Assembly: GCA_963833985.1 (NCBI GenBank)
Contig: CAWIAD010000002.1
Location: 4,544,001 to 4,608,000, forward strand
Length of the DNA: 64,000 bases
Reading direction: 5' to 3'
Source: an uncultured Planctomycetaceae bacterium
Lineage (GTDB): Bacteria > Planctomycetota > Planctomycetia > Isosphaerales > Isosphaeraceae
Positions 53,423 through 64,000 of the stretch are shown here, one piece after another. Each line of letters starts with the position of its first letter. The first letter of the stretch is position 1. The position numbers were made by a program, and so were the translations under genes. The notes below the pieces were generated by a model, which had not been told where the DNA came from, did no database searches, and saw nothing but the letters and a program-made list of their open reading frames with translations.

Positions 53423-53839
53423 TCAGGCCCCGGCGCCGGGCGGCCTGTCCGCCGGCCGGGCGGCCAGCGCGATCGCGTAGGCGGTGGCGTAGGTGCGGCA
53501 GTGGGCGATCGAAATCAGGATATCCGCGATTCCCCGGGTGCGCGCCACCTCCTTGGCTGCGCCTCCCACCAGCACCTGCGACTGTCCCGATTCATCCATA
53601 CGCACCTCGAGATCGGTCCACGAGATGCCCTGGCTGCCCACGGCACCCATCGCCTTGAGGATCGCTTCCTTCGCCGCCCAGCGTCCCGCGAAGTGCTCGA
53701 TCGCATGCTTGCGAGCCTGGCAATAGCGCACCTCGCGCGCCGTGTAAACCCGGCGCAGGAAGAGTTCGCCGTACTGCTCGATCATCTTGCCGATGCGCGG
53801 GCATTCGACGATGTCGGTGCCGATGCCGAGAATTTCCAA
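53423..53839 (-). CDS. acpS: Holo-[acyl-carrier-protein] synthase
   Basis: GIGTDIVE, FAGRWAAKEAILKA, ISIAH. Confidence 0.95.
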   Translation of the reverse strand: MEILGIGTDIVECPRIGKMIEQYGELFLRRVYTAREVRYCQARKHAIEHFAGRWAAKEAILKAMGAVGSQGISWTDLEVRMDESGQSQVLVGGAAKEVARTRGIADILISIAHCRTYATAYAIALAARPADRPPGAGA

Positions 53840-53984
53840 AGTCCTCCAGCCCTCCCCCGCGCATCGTCCCAGAGCAGCGGTCGGAATGCAATCGTGCGCA
53901 TGGAACGAGCCGGCGAGCGTTGTGCCGCCGGCTCAGTGATCTTGCTCGGGCATGGTCCCGGGTCTGGTGCGGTCTTTCGCTGGC

Positions 53985-54737
53985 TCAGTAGGCGCCACGG
54001 CCGCGGAGCACGACGAAGAAGGTCTGCACAATGATGCGCAGGTCCCTCGCAAGCGACCAGTTCTCCACGTAGTCGCGATCAAGATCGACCATGCGAGCAT
54101 AGTCGACGTCGCTTCGGCCGCCGACCTGCCAGGGACCGGTCAGGCCCGGCATGACCTGGAGCCGGCAGGCAAACCCTTCCGGGTCCAGGGAACGCAGCTT
54201 GTCGCTGTCGCGGAGCTGGAGAGGACGCGGACCCACCAGGCTCATCTCACCGCGCAGGATGTTCAGCAACTGGGGCAGTTCATCCAGGCTCGATCGTCGC
54301 AGAAAACGGCCCAGAGGCGTCACCCGTGGATCATTGCGGAGCTTGAAGAGCACGCCATGCTCGGATTCGTTGTCGTCCTCGAGGTCCTTCAGACGCTGCT
54401 CGGCGTCGGCGACCATGGTGCGGAACTTTAGAACGTGGAAGAGCCGGCCGTGCCGACCGCGGCGAAGCTGGCGGAACAGGACAGGACCCGGTGAATCGAG
54501 CCGGATCAGAAGCATGATGCCAATCATCACCGGGGACAGGAGGAGCATGGCCATGAACGCGCCGACAAAGTCGATGCAGCGCTTGGTTGCTTGACGTAAA
54601 CCATCGATGGAAACAGGGGTTGTCTGGAGAGGTAAAGAGCGGTTCAGTTGCAGTTCGCCGTGCACCGATGTGGCCAGTTCTTGCGATTCTGAGCCGAAAT
54701 GCATGAGTTTGGGTCTCGATCTCGCCGTGAAGTTCAT
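53985..54737 (-). CDS. Bacterial sugar transferase (polyprenyl-phosphate phosphoglycosyl transferase, catalytic domain only)
   Basis: KRCIDF, DSPGPVLFRQ, KFRTM, DPRVT..GRFLRRSSLDELPQ, GEMSLVGPRP, PGLTG. Confidence 0.93.
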   Translation of the reverse strand: MNFTARSRPKLMHFGSESQELATSVHGELQLNRSLPLQTTPVSIDGLRQATKRCIDFVGAFMAMLLLSPVMIGIMLLIRLDSPGPVLFRQLRRGRHGRLFHVLKFRTMVADAEQRLKDLEDDNESEHGVLFKLRNDPRVTPLGRFLRRSSLDELPQLLNILRGEMSLVGPRPLQLRDSDKLRSLDPEGFACRLQVMPGLTGPWQVGGRSDVDYARMVDLDRDYVENWSLARDLRIIVQTFFVVLRGRGAY

Positions 54738-55375
54738 TGATGCCGTGTCTCCAGGAGCTCGTCACAGGCGGCGGGCAATGCCATGGAGCCGAAACGGAGT
54801 AGCCCAGGCTACGAAACTAAGACTTTGGGAGAGCGTCTCCGATTCCACGATTTCAATCGGTGACAGACAAGCTAGCACGGGGCATTTAGCCGGTCAATCG
54901 ACGTTGTGCCGGCTGTTGATTCCGCGCATCAAATCGAGATAAAGATCTAAAAAAGACACAATCTTTCTGGTTCTCTGCTGTTTGGAATGCTCAGTGCATT
55001 GACAAAACCAGACGATCTTCAGCCACGTCTGGCACCTCCCATTCATTGCCATTTGCCCCGAGCTCCAGACAGCACTGGCTGCGATCCGCCAGCCGGTGCA
55101 CGCCAGCAGCCGATGAACTCGCCAATCCAGATTCACCCATGCACCGTTGACTGGCATTCCTGCCGGTGCAAGCGGAGTGGCGGGATCGCCGACGCACGGA
55201 CACAGTACCTCGCCGCCCTCGGCTTTGTGACGTTCAGCCAGCGTGCACCTCGCGATCGGCCACGCCATTGTCTATACTGGGCAGACGTGCCCCAGATGCC
55301 GGCGGGGCGCGCCGCCGCTAAAGCTCTCTGGCCAAAGCGGATCTTCTTCTCCCAACGCAGGATGTGGCAATCACC

Positions 55376-57674
55376 ATGGATTTGCTCGAGGGTTTGACGG
55401 CCGCCCAGCGGCAAGCGGTGACGCACGTCGACGGGCCCCTGCTGGTCCTTGCCGGGGCGGGTTCGGGCAAGACCCGGGTGGTCACGCGCAGGGTGGCCCA
55501 CCTGCTCCATTCCGGTATCGCGGCCGAGAACATCCTTGCAATCACGTTCACCAACAAGGCAGCCGGTGAGATGCGCCAGCGCATCGACGCCCTGGTGCCC
55601 GGCTCGCGGGTCTGGGTGGGCACATTTCACGGTTTTTGCGCCCGCCTGCTGCGTATCCACGCCAGGCTGGTGGGCATCGACGCGGCGTTCACCATCTACG
55701 ACCAGGCGGACCGGCTCCGCGCCGTCAAGGACGTGATGGAGCGCCTGCTCGGAGACGAGGGCCATTTGACGCCGGAACGCGTCGAGGCGGTCATCAGCCG
55801 GGCCAAGAACGACCTGCTCAGCCCGCAGGCGCTGCGGGCTCGGGCCCATGACGAGCGCGACGGATTGATTGCACGCATTTTCGAGGCTTACGAGGAGAAG
55901 CTCCGGGTCAGCTCGGCCGTCGATTTCGACGACCTGCTCGGCCACACGGTGACCATCCTGAAGAACCACCCCGACGTCCGCGCAGGGCTCGACCGCCGCT
56001 ACCGCCATGTGCTCGTCGACGAATACCAGGACACCAACCTGGCCCAGTACGCAATTGTCCGGGCCCTGTCGGTCGACCACCCGAACCTGTGCGTCACCGG
56101 CGATCCCGACCAGTCGATCTACGGCTGGCGCGGGGCCAACCTGGCGAACATCCTCGAGTTCGAGCACGACTACCCCGGTTGCCGGGTCGTCAAGCTGGAA
56201 CGCAACTATCGCAGCACCAAGAATATCCTCAGCGTGGCCGACCACCTGATCCGGTTCAACCGCAAGCGTAAGCCCAAGTCGCTCTTGACCGAGAACCCGC
56301 GTGGCGCTCCGGTGCTGCTGTCGGTCTACGCCCGCGAAACCGATGAGGCCGAAGGGATCGCCCGCAGGATTGCAACCCTGGTTCAGGAAGGTGAGTATCA
56401 GTTTCGCGACATCGCCGTGTTCTGCCGCATGACCGCGCTGACACGCCCGATCGAGCAGGCGTTCCGGACCGCCAGGATTCCCTACCAGATCGTGGGCGGA
56501 GTGTCATTTTACGAGCGGCAGGAAGTGAAGGACGTGCTCTCGTATCTGAACCTGATGGCCAATCCGAAGGACGACCTGTCGTTCGCGCGGGTGGTGAACG
56601 TTCCGCCCCGGGGTCTCGGCAAGACATCGCTGGAACACCTGCTCACGGCGGCCCGGCAGCGGGGCATTCCGCTCCTGGAAATGGCGCGGCAAGCCAGGCG
56701 AGTGGACGGCCTGAAGGAGAAGGCGGCCCGCGGCCTGGAGGACTTTACGCGGTTGATCGACGAGCTGGCCGTCTTCTGCGATCATTCCGCCGAGGAGGTC
56801 ATTCGTCTGCTGCTGGGTCGTACCGGCTACCGCGATTATCTGGGGGAGGGCGCGCGCGACAAGGGCGAGGACCGGCTGGCGAATCTGGACGAGCTGATCT
56901 CGGCGGCCCGCGAGTTCGACCACGAGCATCCCGGCGCCCCGGTCCACGAGTTTCTGGCCGAGGTGACGCTGGCCTCGCCCATCGACCGCTGGGACCAGGA
57001 CCACGGCGCGGTGACGCTCATGACGCTGCACGCCGCCAAAGGCCTGGAATTCCCGGTGGTCTTTGTTTCCGCGCTGGAGGAGGGGCTGCTCCCCCATACG
57101 CGGGCCAACAATGACGACGACGAGCTGGAAGAAGAGCGGCGCTTGCTTTTCGTGGGCATCACGCGGGCGCGGCGCGAGCTTTACCTCAGCCTGTGCCGGA
57201 TCCGCACGTTTCGGGGCCAGATCCAGGCGACCACGCGATCCAGGTTCCTGGACGAGCTGCCGGACGAGCCGATGGAGTATCGCGACCTTTCCGGCGTGGA
57301 ATCGGCCCGCCGCGGCGCGGACCCCCGTGGTGGGGGATGGCCGCGCAGGCCGGCAGCCCCCTGGCCTTCGGGCCCCGATCCGCCGGGGTTTCGTCTCACC
57401 ACGGCGGCCGAGCTGGCGGCCCGCTCGACCGCGGGGCCGCAAGACCCCCAGGCGCCGGTGAACCCGGACGTCTTTCGAAACCGGGATCCTGGTGGCTCAC
57501 CCGCAATTCGGCGTCGGCCGGGTCACTGCGGTGGATGGCGCCGGTCCGCGCCGCAAGGTCACCGTCGCATTCACCGTGGGCGGCCCGCGGACATTCGTGC
57601 TCGGGCTGGCCCCCTTGCATCCCGTGGGAGGCAGCTCCGGCAACAGTCCCGGGGCGACCGGGAATCGCGGGTGA
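55376..57674 (+). CDS. pcrA: UvrD/PcrA superfamily I helicase with a C-terminal Tudor-like domain (extra base at ~57478)
   Basis: AGAGSGKT, ITFTNKAA, VDEYQD, GDPDQSIYGWRGA, NYRST, TLHAAKGLEF, EEERRLLFVGITRA. The C-terminal HPQFGVG lies in the shifted frame. Confidence 0.95.
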
Positions 57675-57748
57675 TGCCGCGCCGGGTGGTCTCTGCCTGG
57701 AGCTCTGATCGGACGGGTCTCTTGGCTGCGTAACGGAGGGATGCACCA

Positions 57749-58462
57749 ATGCTGCGGCTGGGCGTCAACATCGATCACGTCGCCACCCTGCGCCAGGCGC
57801 GGGGAGGAAGCGAGCCGGATCCTGTCTGGGCGGCGGTGAGCGCCGAGCTCGGCGGGGCAGACGGCATCACGGTTCATCTCCGCGAGGACCGCCGGCACAT
57901 CCAGGACCGCGATGTCCAGCGACTGCGGCAGACGGTGCAGGTGCGGCTCAATCTTGAGCTGGCGGCCGCGCCGGGCATCGTGGACCTGGCCTGCAAGGTC
58001 ATGCCCGACCAGGTCACCTTCGTGCCGGAACGCCGCGAGGAGCTGACCACCGAGGGTGGGCTGGACGTCGCCGGCAAGCGGCCGGGGCTGGCCGAGGCCG
58101 TGGAGCGCTGCCGCCAGGCCGGCCTCGAGGTGGCCCTGTTTCTGGACCCGGATCTGGCCCAGATCGAGGCGGGCCTGGCCATGAACGTCGCCGCGATCGA
58201 GCTGCACACGGGACGCTACGCCAGCAGCCCGGAAGGTCCCCGGCGGCAGCGCGAGCTGGAGGCACTGCGGTCCGCGGCAGCGGCGATCGTCGCCGCCGGC
58301 GTGGAGCTGCACGCCGGACATGGGCTCAACTACCGCAACGTCCAGCCCGTTGCCTTGCTTGGCGGCATGGCCGAGCTCAACATCGGTCACAGCATCGTCA
58401 GCCGCGCCCTGTTCGTGGGACTGGAGTGCGCCGTGCGCGAGATGAAGCGGTGCATCAACTGA
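57749..58462 (+). CDS. pdxJ: Pyridoxine 5'-phosphate synthase
   Basis: [48 protein letters not shown]. Confidence 0.97.
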   Translation: MLRLGVNIDHVATLRQARGGSEPDPVWAAVSAELGGADGITVHLREDRRHIQDRDVQRLRQTVQVRLNLELAAAPGIVDLACKVMPDQVTFVPERREELTTEGGLDVAGKRPGLAEAVERCRQAGLEVALFLDPDLAQIEAGLAMNVAAIELHTGRYASSPEGPRRQRELEALRSAAAAIVAAGVELHAGHGLNYRNVQPVALLGGMAELNIGHSIVSRALFVGLECAVREMKRCIN

Positions 58463-58588
58463 GCTGGGCAATCGAAGCAGCAATAATGGGCCGCAACGAT
58501 GACGACCGGCACACGACCGGGCGGGAAGCGGGAGGCAGGCGGGAGGCGTTGAGGCAGAGAGCCCAGTTGCCTTGTTTTCTTCTTCCAT

Positions 58589-58627
58589 TTCGGCTTTCAA
58601 AGACTTATGATCTTTCATCAAGCCGAA
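58589..58627. terminator. AT-rich imperfect hairpin between pdxJ and dapA
   Basis: TTCGGCTT...AAGCCGAA with an inner AAAGA/TCTTT stem, followed by TGTTTGT. Confidence 0.35.
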
Positions 58628-58765
58628 TGTTTGTGAATTCGATGGTATCTGCCCACGGTCGCATCTGGGAATCTGACCTGAGGCTCGACCTCGCACCGGG
58701 TTGCTGGAGGCCTCTGCGCCCGGCTTCCCGGCCGGGCTGGCCATTCGTTTCTCGGAGATGTGCAA

Positions 58766-59656
58766 ATGGGTAGAAAAGGGGAGATGTTCAAGGGTTGCAC
58801 GGTGGCTCTTGTCACGCCGTTCCGGGACGGTGCCGTGGACGAAGGGGCGCTGCGCGAGCTGGTGCGCTGGCACGTCGAGCAGGGAACTCCCATCATCAGC
58901 CCCGTGGGCACGACGGGAGAAGCGCCCACGCTCTCGCACGACGAGCATGAGCGGGTCATCTCGGTGGTGCTGGAGGCGGCCGCGGGCAAGGCCCGCGTGA
59001 TACCCGGCACCGGGTCGAACGCGACGGCCGAGGCGATCCGGTTGACCCGGTTCGCCGCCCGGGCCGGCGCTGACGGCGCCCTGCTGGTGGCGCCGTATTA
59101 CAACCGGCCCAGCCAGGAAGGGATGTATCGGCACTTCGCGGCGATTGCCGAGAGCACGGATCTTCCTCTGGTACTCTACAACATTCCCGGCCGCACCGGG
59201 CGGAACATGGAGCCGGAGACGGTCGAACGGCTGGCCCGCATCGGCCCGATCGTGGCCATCAAGGAGGCGGCCGGCTCGCTGGACCAGGTGAGCGAGCTGC
59301 TGGTCCGGACCGACTTGACGGTCCTTTCCGGCGACGACAGCCTCACCTTGCCCATGCTGGCCGTGGGCGCCCAGGGAGTGGTCTCGGTGGTTGCCAACCT
59401 TGTCCCACGTGACGTCATGGCCCTCGTGGCCGCCTTCGAGGGAGGACGCCTGGAAGAGGCGAGGATGCGCCACGCGCGTCTCTTTCCGCTGTGCAGGGAT
59501 TTGCTGGGGCTGGCTCCGAATCCTGTTCCGGTCAAGGCGGCCCTGGCCAGGCTGGGGCGCGGCAACGCAGAGCTGCGCCTGCCGCTCTGCCCGCTCGACG
59601 AGAAGGCCCAGGCAACGCTCGAAAATGCACTATTTCGATATGACCTATTGACCTGA
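58766..59656 (+). CDS. dapA: 4-hydroxy-tetrahydrodipicolinate synthase
   Basis: ALVTPF, GTTGE, GTGSNAT, PYYNRPSQEG, LYNIPGRT, AIKEA, LSGDD, NPVPVK. Confidence 0.97.
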   Translation: MGRKGEMFKGCTVALVTPFRDGAVDEGALRELVRWHVEQGTPIISPVGTTGEAPTLSHDEHERVISVVLEAAAGKARVIPGTGSNATAEAIRLTRFAARAGADGALLVAPYYNRPSQEGMYRHFAAIAESTDLPLVLYNIPGRTGRNMEPETVERLARIGPIVAIKEAAGSLDQVSELLVRTDLTVLSGDDSLTLPMLAVGAQGVVSVVANLVPRDVMALVAAFEGGRLEEARMRHARLFPLCRDLLGLAPNPVPVKAALARLGRGNAELRLPLCPLDEKAQATLENALFRYDLLT

Positions 59657-60074
59657 CCTCCTCAATGCAGTTATGACAGTAGTGTCGCGGCAAAGAGAAC
59701 GATGTGTCTGCACCACAGACATCAAAGCACCTTGAGTTCAACAACCGCCTGAGTCGGGTGCCAGAATCCGGAGTCCCCTGGCTGCGTCCGGTCGATTCCC
59801 CCAGCCGCCCTTGCTTGAGCTGGCCTTCCGGCGGCTCGGGGCAGCCTTGAGGGGGAGACGCACGCCAGCGCTCCAGCCGCGGCGGGCCGTGGTTCGTGGG
59901 GATTCGTTGCCAGGATTCCATAGATGAATTCGACTATTCCCTGCACACTGCGGCTCTCACAGAAGATTCTGCTCCGGCGGTTCTTCCTGGTGATCGAACG
60001 GGGTGACGTCAACCTCGTTTCCTGTACGATTCTCACAACTCTCCTGGGCTTCATCGCTTCAGAAAGAAGGTCTC

Positions 60075-60488
60075 ATGGCGCGTAAAGATGCCAAGCGTTC
60101 CGACGAGGGCAACGGTCAGGATGTCGAGTACCTCCCGGAGGTCTCCGAGCAGGCCATCCGCGAGCTTGCCCAGGTTTTCAAGCTGCTCAGCGACGAGACC
60201 AGGCTGCGCATCCTGTTCTATCTGGCCCTCTCGGAGAATCGCGAGTTGCACGTGACCGACCTCTGCCAGAGGCTTGGCCAGAGCCAGCCCGCGGTGAGCC
60301 ATCACCTGGCGCTCTTGCGCGTCTCCGGGCTCATCGAGTCTCGCCGGGAAGGCAAGCACAACTTTTACAGTGTGCGTACCGACCACTTTGGCGACCTGCT
60401 GCTCTCGCTCTTCTCGGCCGCCGGCGAGGTGCCTCGCAACAAGAAGTACAAGTTCCACGATTTCACCCTGGCCTACACGGGAGCCTGA
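60075..60488 (+). CDS. ArsR/SmtB-family transcriptional regulator
   Basis: FKLLSDETRLRIL, SQPAVSHHLALLR, RREGKHNFYS. Confidence 0.92.
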   Translation: MARKDAKRSDEGNGQDVEYLPEVSEQAIRELAQVFKLLSDETRLRILFYLALSENRELHVTDLCQRLGQSQPAVSHHLALLRVSGLIESRREGKHNFYSVRTDHFGDLLLSLFSAAGEVPRNKKYKFHDFTLAYTGA

Positions 60489-60867
60489 AAACTCCAGGCC
60501 GAAACCAGAGGCCGCCTCGCAGCGCAGCCCGCGGATCATCCGCGGTCTGCAAGTTCGCGGTTCGTCGTCCGCGCCAGCCGCGGGCTTGCTCGCCAGGCCC
60601 GTGTTTCCTGGCGTCTACCTCACGCTGGCGGCCGTCCGCCTTCCCGCACGCATGCTTGTGTAATGTGTGATTTTATGGTCATCCGTCACCTCTTGAGCAT
60701 GGCCGGCACTCCGCCGGCCTTGCCATGACCATACCGCTTCCTCGCACATCCCGGATGGACCGCCCTCTGACGCGGCCGGTCCGGTCGATCCCGTACCACG
60801 CCTATGTGGGTCCGCGGCCCGGACGGGTGGTCCTGGACGGGGACCAGCGGTGACCATCCGGTTCATC

Positions 60868-60896
60868 TTGACCGGCGGGCGGCTTCCATGCAGAAT
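60868..60896 (+). promoter_or_regulatory. Sigma70-type promoter upstream of skp-lpxC/fabZ-lpxA
   Basis: TTGACC-17 nt-CAGAAT, implying a 5' leader of about 200 nt. Confidence 0.5.
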
Positions 60897-61101
60897 GCCC
60901 GCGTCGACGTACCGGATGGCATCGCGCGGGGGCGATAGGCCCTCTCGCTTGGCTGCGTGGCAAACCTCTATGTACCTGCTCTGACGGCGGCGGGACCGCT
61001 GGAATCAGTCAACGCAGCAGGGCGGCTCGCCGGCAAGCGAGTGCTTCGACCGCAGTTCCCAGGAATCCACGACTACCAGCGGTAAAAAAGGAGTTGTACC
61101 G

Positions 61102-61845
61102 ATGGTCATTTCCTCTCGTGTGGTCGCCGCGACAGGTCTCTGTGCGGTCGGGGTCGGCCTCTTGCTGGCCGGTCCGAGCCTTGGCCAGCAGCAAGACGCA
61201 GGCGTGCGGCGTACCGCCAGCCCCTCAACCGCAACGCCGGCCGGTCCGGTCGCCCCGGTCATTGGCACCGTCGACATGGACGCCGTCTTCAAGAACTACG
61301 ACAAGGTGAAGGCCTCCAGCGAGGAGTTCAAGTCAGCCGCCTTGCAGCGCAAGGGTGAGCTTCAGAAGATTCAGTCCGAGGCGCAGCAGGAGGCCGAGAT
61401 CCTGGCCAAGCTGACGCCGGGCACGGAGGACTACAAGAAGCACGAGAACCGGGTCACCCAGCTCAAGGCCCAGTTCGAGGCCGGCCGCGAGCAGGCTGAG
61501 CGCGACTTCGCCTCACGCGAGGCCGAGGCCATGGCCACACTCTACAAGGAAGTCCAGGCCATGGTGGGGCGAATTGCCCAGTGGCGCAAGATGACCTACA
61601 TCGTCAAGGTGTCGAATCAGCCAATCTCGGGCAGCAACCCGAACTCGGTGATGGCGGCCATGGCCAACACGGTGGTCTATGCGGACCCCCGGAACGACAT
61701 CACCAATGACGTGGTCTACAACCTGAACCGGATCTACAAGGCCACCGGCGGCGCCGCCACGAAAGGCTCCGCGGCCACCCAGGCCCCCGCGGGGAGTGCC
61801 CCGGCCGGAGGCGCTGCGCGTCCCGAGGACGGCAGCGGCAACTGA
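61102..61845 (+). CDS. skp: OmpH/Skp-family periplasmic chaperone
   Basis: AAGGAG RBS, signal peptide, [13 protein letters not shown], coiled coil, [14 protein letters not shown]. Lies upstream of the lpx genes. Confidence 0.85.
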   Translation: MVISSRVVAATGLCAVGVGLLLAGPSLGQQQDAGVRRTASPSTATPAGPVAPVIGTVDMDAVFKNYDKVKASSEEFKSAALQRKGELQKIQSEAQQEAEILAKLTPGTEDYKKHENRVTQLKAQFEAGREQAERDFASREAEAMATLYKEVQAMVGRIAQWRKMTYIVKVSNQPISGSNPNSVMAAMANTVVYADPRNDITNDVVYNLNRIYKATGGAATKGSAATQAPAGSAPAGGAARPEDGSGN

Positions 61846-62062
61846 GGTGGAACCGGCGGTGGGGGCGAAGACGCCCTGCCTGCCCCCCGCTTGCCCCCCG
61901 CGGTGCGGCCGCGGCGGGCGCGACCCCGCGATGTCCCGATTCTTCTTCTCGAGGTGCTGTCGAAGCAGCCACGGCTGGCTGCTTCCAGCGCCACCGGCGC
62001 ATCCCGCGGTCCCCGCGACCGCGCATGGCGAGTCCACCGTCAGCATGAGGAAAACCAGAGTA

Positions 62063-63406
62063 ATGCTCACCACCAGGCGATTGCAACGCACGCTTGCCCG
62101 CGCCACCGAAGTGCGCGGGATCGGCTTCTTTCAGGGCTCTGACGTCACGCTCCGGTTCAACCCGGCCGAGCCGGACAGCGGCATCGTCTTCGTGCGCCGC
62201 GACCTGGCGGATGAGCCGGAGGTACCTGCCCTCATCGGTTCGGTGGTTCCCTCACCCCGGCGGACGACGATCCAGCGTGGGACCGCCCAGGTGGAAATGA
62301 TCGAGCATGTGATGGCCGCCCTTGCCGGGGCGCGCATTGACAACTGCCGGATCGAGGTGGACGCTCCGGAATGCCCGGGTTGCGACGGGTCCAGCCAGGC
62401 GTTCGTCGACGCCCTGGAGCAAGCCGGGGTGATCGAGCAGGATCGTCCGCGACAGGCGCTCGTGGTGGAGCGGTCGTTCCTGGTACGCGAGGGCAACGCC
62501 ACATTGGCCGCGCATCCGGGAACCGGCGAAGGCCTGACGCTGTCGTACCACCTGGACTACGGCTCCGACTCGTTCATCACCCCGCAGAGTTACCTGATCG
62601 AGCTGACTCCGCCCGCATTCTGCCGCGAGCTGTCGGCCAGCCGGACCTTCCTGCTGGAATCCGAGGTGCAAGCGCTGCGAGCCGCTGGGATCGGCACGCG
62701 TGCCACCCATGCCGACGTGCTCATTTTCGGCCGCGAGGGCGTCGTGGGCAACAGCCTCCGCTTCGCCGACGAATGCGCCCGGCACAAGCTCCTGGACATG
62801 GTGGGCGACCTGTCGCTGCTGGGCATGGACCTGCACGGTTTCGTGGTGGCGCACAAGTCGGGCCATCACACCAACGCCGCGCTGGTGCGGAAGCTGCTTC
62901 AGGGCCTGGAGAAGGAAAAGGAGCAGAGCACGCGGCCTCCGACCATTCCGTTGCGCGAAGATGGAACAATCGATATCCGCGGAATTCTCGATATCTTACC
63001 GCATCGCTACCCCTTCTTGCTGGTCGATCGGGTGCTTGAGATTCAAGCCGGCAAGTCCATCGTGGCGATCAAGAATGTGAGCGCCAACGAGCCGTTCTTC
63101 CAGGGTCACTGGCCGGGGCGGCCGATCATGCCGGGCGTACTGATCATCGAGGCGATGGCCCAGGCCGGCGGCGTCCTGGTCGCGGCGACCATGGAGCGGT
63201 CCGGACGTGTGGCGATGCTGGCGTCGGTGGACTCGGTCAAGCTACGACGGCCGGTCATCCCCGGCGACCAGCTCCGCCTGGAGGTCCGTGCGGAGCGTAT
63301 CAAATCGAACTCGGCCTGCGTCATCGGCGTCGCCAAGGTCGGCGATGCGGTGGCCTCCGAGGCCAAGATCCGGTTTGTCATCGTTGACGCTCATCTCGCC
63401 GCATGA
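62063..63406 (+). CDS. lpxC: Bifunctional LpxC (UDP-3-O-acyl-GlcNAc deacetylase) / FabZ (3-hydroxyacyl-ACP dehydratase)
   Basis: LpxC motifs [31 protein letters not shown]; FabZ motifs [11 protein letters not shown] and [20 protein letters not shown], in one frame. Confidence 0.95.
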   Translation: MLTTRRLQRTLARATEVRGIGFFQGSDVTLRFNPAEPDSGIVFVRRDLADEPEVPALIGSVVPSPRRTTIQRGTAQVEMIEHVMAALAGARIDNCRIEVDAPECPGCDGSSQAFVDALEQAGVIEQDRPRQALVVERSFLVREGNATLAAHPGTGEGLTLSYHLDYGSDSFITPQSYLIELTPPAFCRELSASRTFLLESEVQALRAAGIGTRATHADVLIFGREGVVGNSLRFADECARHKLLDMVGDLSLLGMDLHGFVVAHKSGHHTNAALVRKLLQGLEKEKEQSTRPPTIPLREDGTIDIRGILDILPHRYPFLLVDRVLEIQAGKSIVAIKNVSANEPFFQGHWPGRPIMPGVLIIEAMAQAGGVLVAATMERSGRVAMLASVDSVKLRRPVIPGDQLRLEVRAERIKSNSACVIGVAKVGDAVASEAKIRFVIVDAHLAA

Positions 63407-63512
63407 GGCGTTCTTTCCAGCGCAGCCGGTCCCGGACTTGCGGCCACGCGAGCACGCGACCTGGCAGGGCGCTCTCCCGTTCACGTTTTCAGGCTCCCGA
63501 GGACAAAGTCCC

Positions 63513-64000
63513 ATGGCCACGATGATTGCGGACACCGCCTGCATCGACCCCCGCGCCGACATCGCCGACGATGTCGAGATCGGGCCTTACTGTGTCGTCG
63601 GGCCCGACGTCAAGATTGGCAGGGGCACCCGTCTCATCGCTCACGTCTGCCTGATGGGCCACACCTCGCTGGGAGAGAATAACGTCGTCCATCCGTTCTC
63701 GGTCCTGGGCGGCGAGCCCCAGGATTTCTCGTACAGCGGTAGTCCCACGCGCGTCGAGATTGGCGACAACAACGTCTTCCGCGAGGCGGTCACCATCCAC
63801 CGCGGCAGCGACAAGGAGCAAGGCTTCACGCGCGTCGGCTCGAACAACTTCCTCATGGCCAACGTTCATGTGGGCCATGACTGCGTGTTCGGCGACCGGA
63901 TCCTGGTGGCCAATAACTCCATGTTCGCCGGCCATATTCATGTGGAATCCTTCGCCAACATCTCCGGCGCGGTCGGATTGCACCAGTTCGTCCGGGTAGG
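63513..64000 (+). CDS. lpxA: UDP-N-acetylglucosamine acyltransferase, 3'-truncated by the window edge
   Basis: Translated by hand from ATG 63513: MATMIADTACIDPRADIADDVEIGPYCVVG...GGEPQD...FREAVTIHRG...HVGHDC...HQFVRV (hexapeptide repeats). Missing from the ORF track. Confidence 0.95.
   Translation, partial: MATMIADTACIDPRADIADDVEIGPYCVVGPDVKIGRGTRLIAHVCLMGHTSLGENNVVHPFSVLGGEPQDFSYSGSPTRVEIGDNNVFREAVTIHRGSDKEQGFTRVGSNNFLMANVHVGHDCVFGDRILVANNSMFAGHIHVESFANISGAVGLHQFVRV

Noticed and set aside
54917..54933. FNR box TTGAT...ATCAA
   Set aside because: The spacer is 7 nt rather than 4.
58463..58765. Lysine riboswitch upstream of dapA
   Set aside because: No recognisable L-box core. Only one imperfect hairpin is visible.
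59701..59723. Inverted repeat TGTCTG-N5-CAGACA as the ArsR operator or a terminator
   Set aside because: It is short, about 350 nt from the ArsR start and has no T-tract, so no function can be supported.
60959..61000. c-di-GMP-I riboswitch suggested by GGCAAACC
   Set aside because: The GNRA-capped stem and the downstream GACGCAAAGC core are missing.
62063..63406. LpxC-FabZ fusion as a novelty
   Set aside because: This fusion is already well known in several bacterial phyla.

Overview
A 64 kb, very GC-rich window that looks like a planctomycete chromosome, probably Isosphaeraceae-like. This is inferred from a DUF1559/H-X9-DG prepilin-like gene, the lpxC-fabZ fusion and planctomycete-style secreted proteins. 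About 20 apparent frameshifts, mostly single-base indels in short runs, split otherwise intact genes including der, pcrA/uvrD and leuA. I read these as long-read consensus errors and report rejoined genes. The right third is mostly housekeeping: der, a SurA/PpiD-like gene, topA, acpS, a sugar transferase, pcrA, pdxJ, dapA, an ArsR regulator, skp, lpxC-fabZ and partial lpxA. The rest is accessory. Most notable: (1) an 8 kb minus-strand cluster (12214-20111) running hidden exported leader ORF ending ...IFHPPR -> DUF1559 -> lipoprotein -> EF-hand deiodinase-like protein -> IxxNQxx coiled coil -> TauE -> NitT/TauT ABC transporter with a CHLTC motif; (2) an unannotated Leu-rich leader peptide with terminator and antiterminator upstream of leuA; (3) a HEPN plus BolA-like gene pair; (4) a giant Ig/LVIVD surface protein with an internal hydrophobic cassette; (5) a sialate O-acetylesterase-ThuA-ADP-ribosylglycohydrolase fusion; (6) a Thr-type sulfatase-fold enzyme; (7) a pseudoknot-compatible 5' leader before skp-lpxC. 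I recognised no tRNA, rRNA, CRISPR array or transposase. All family calls come from reading motifs by eye, not from database searches.
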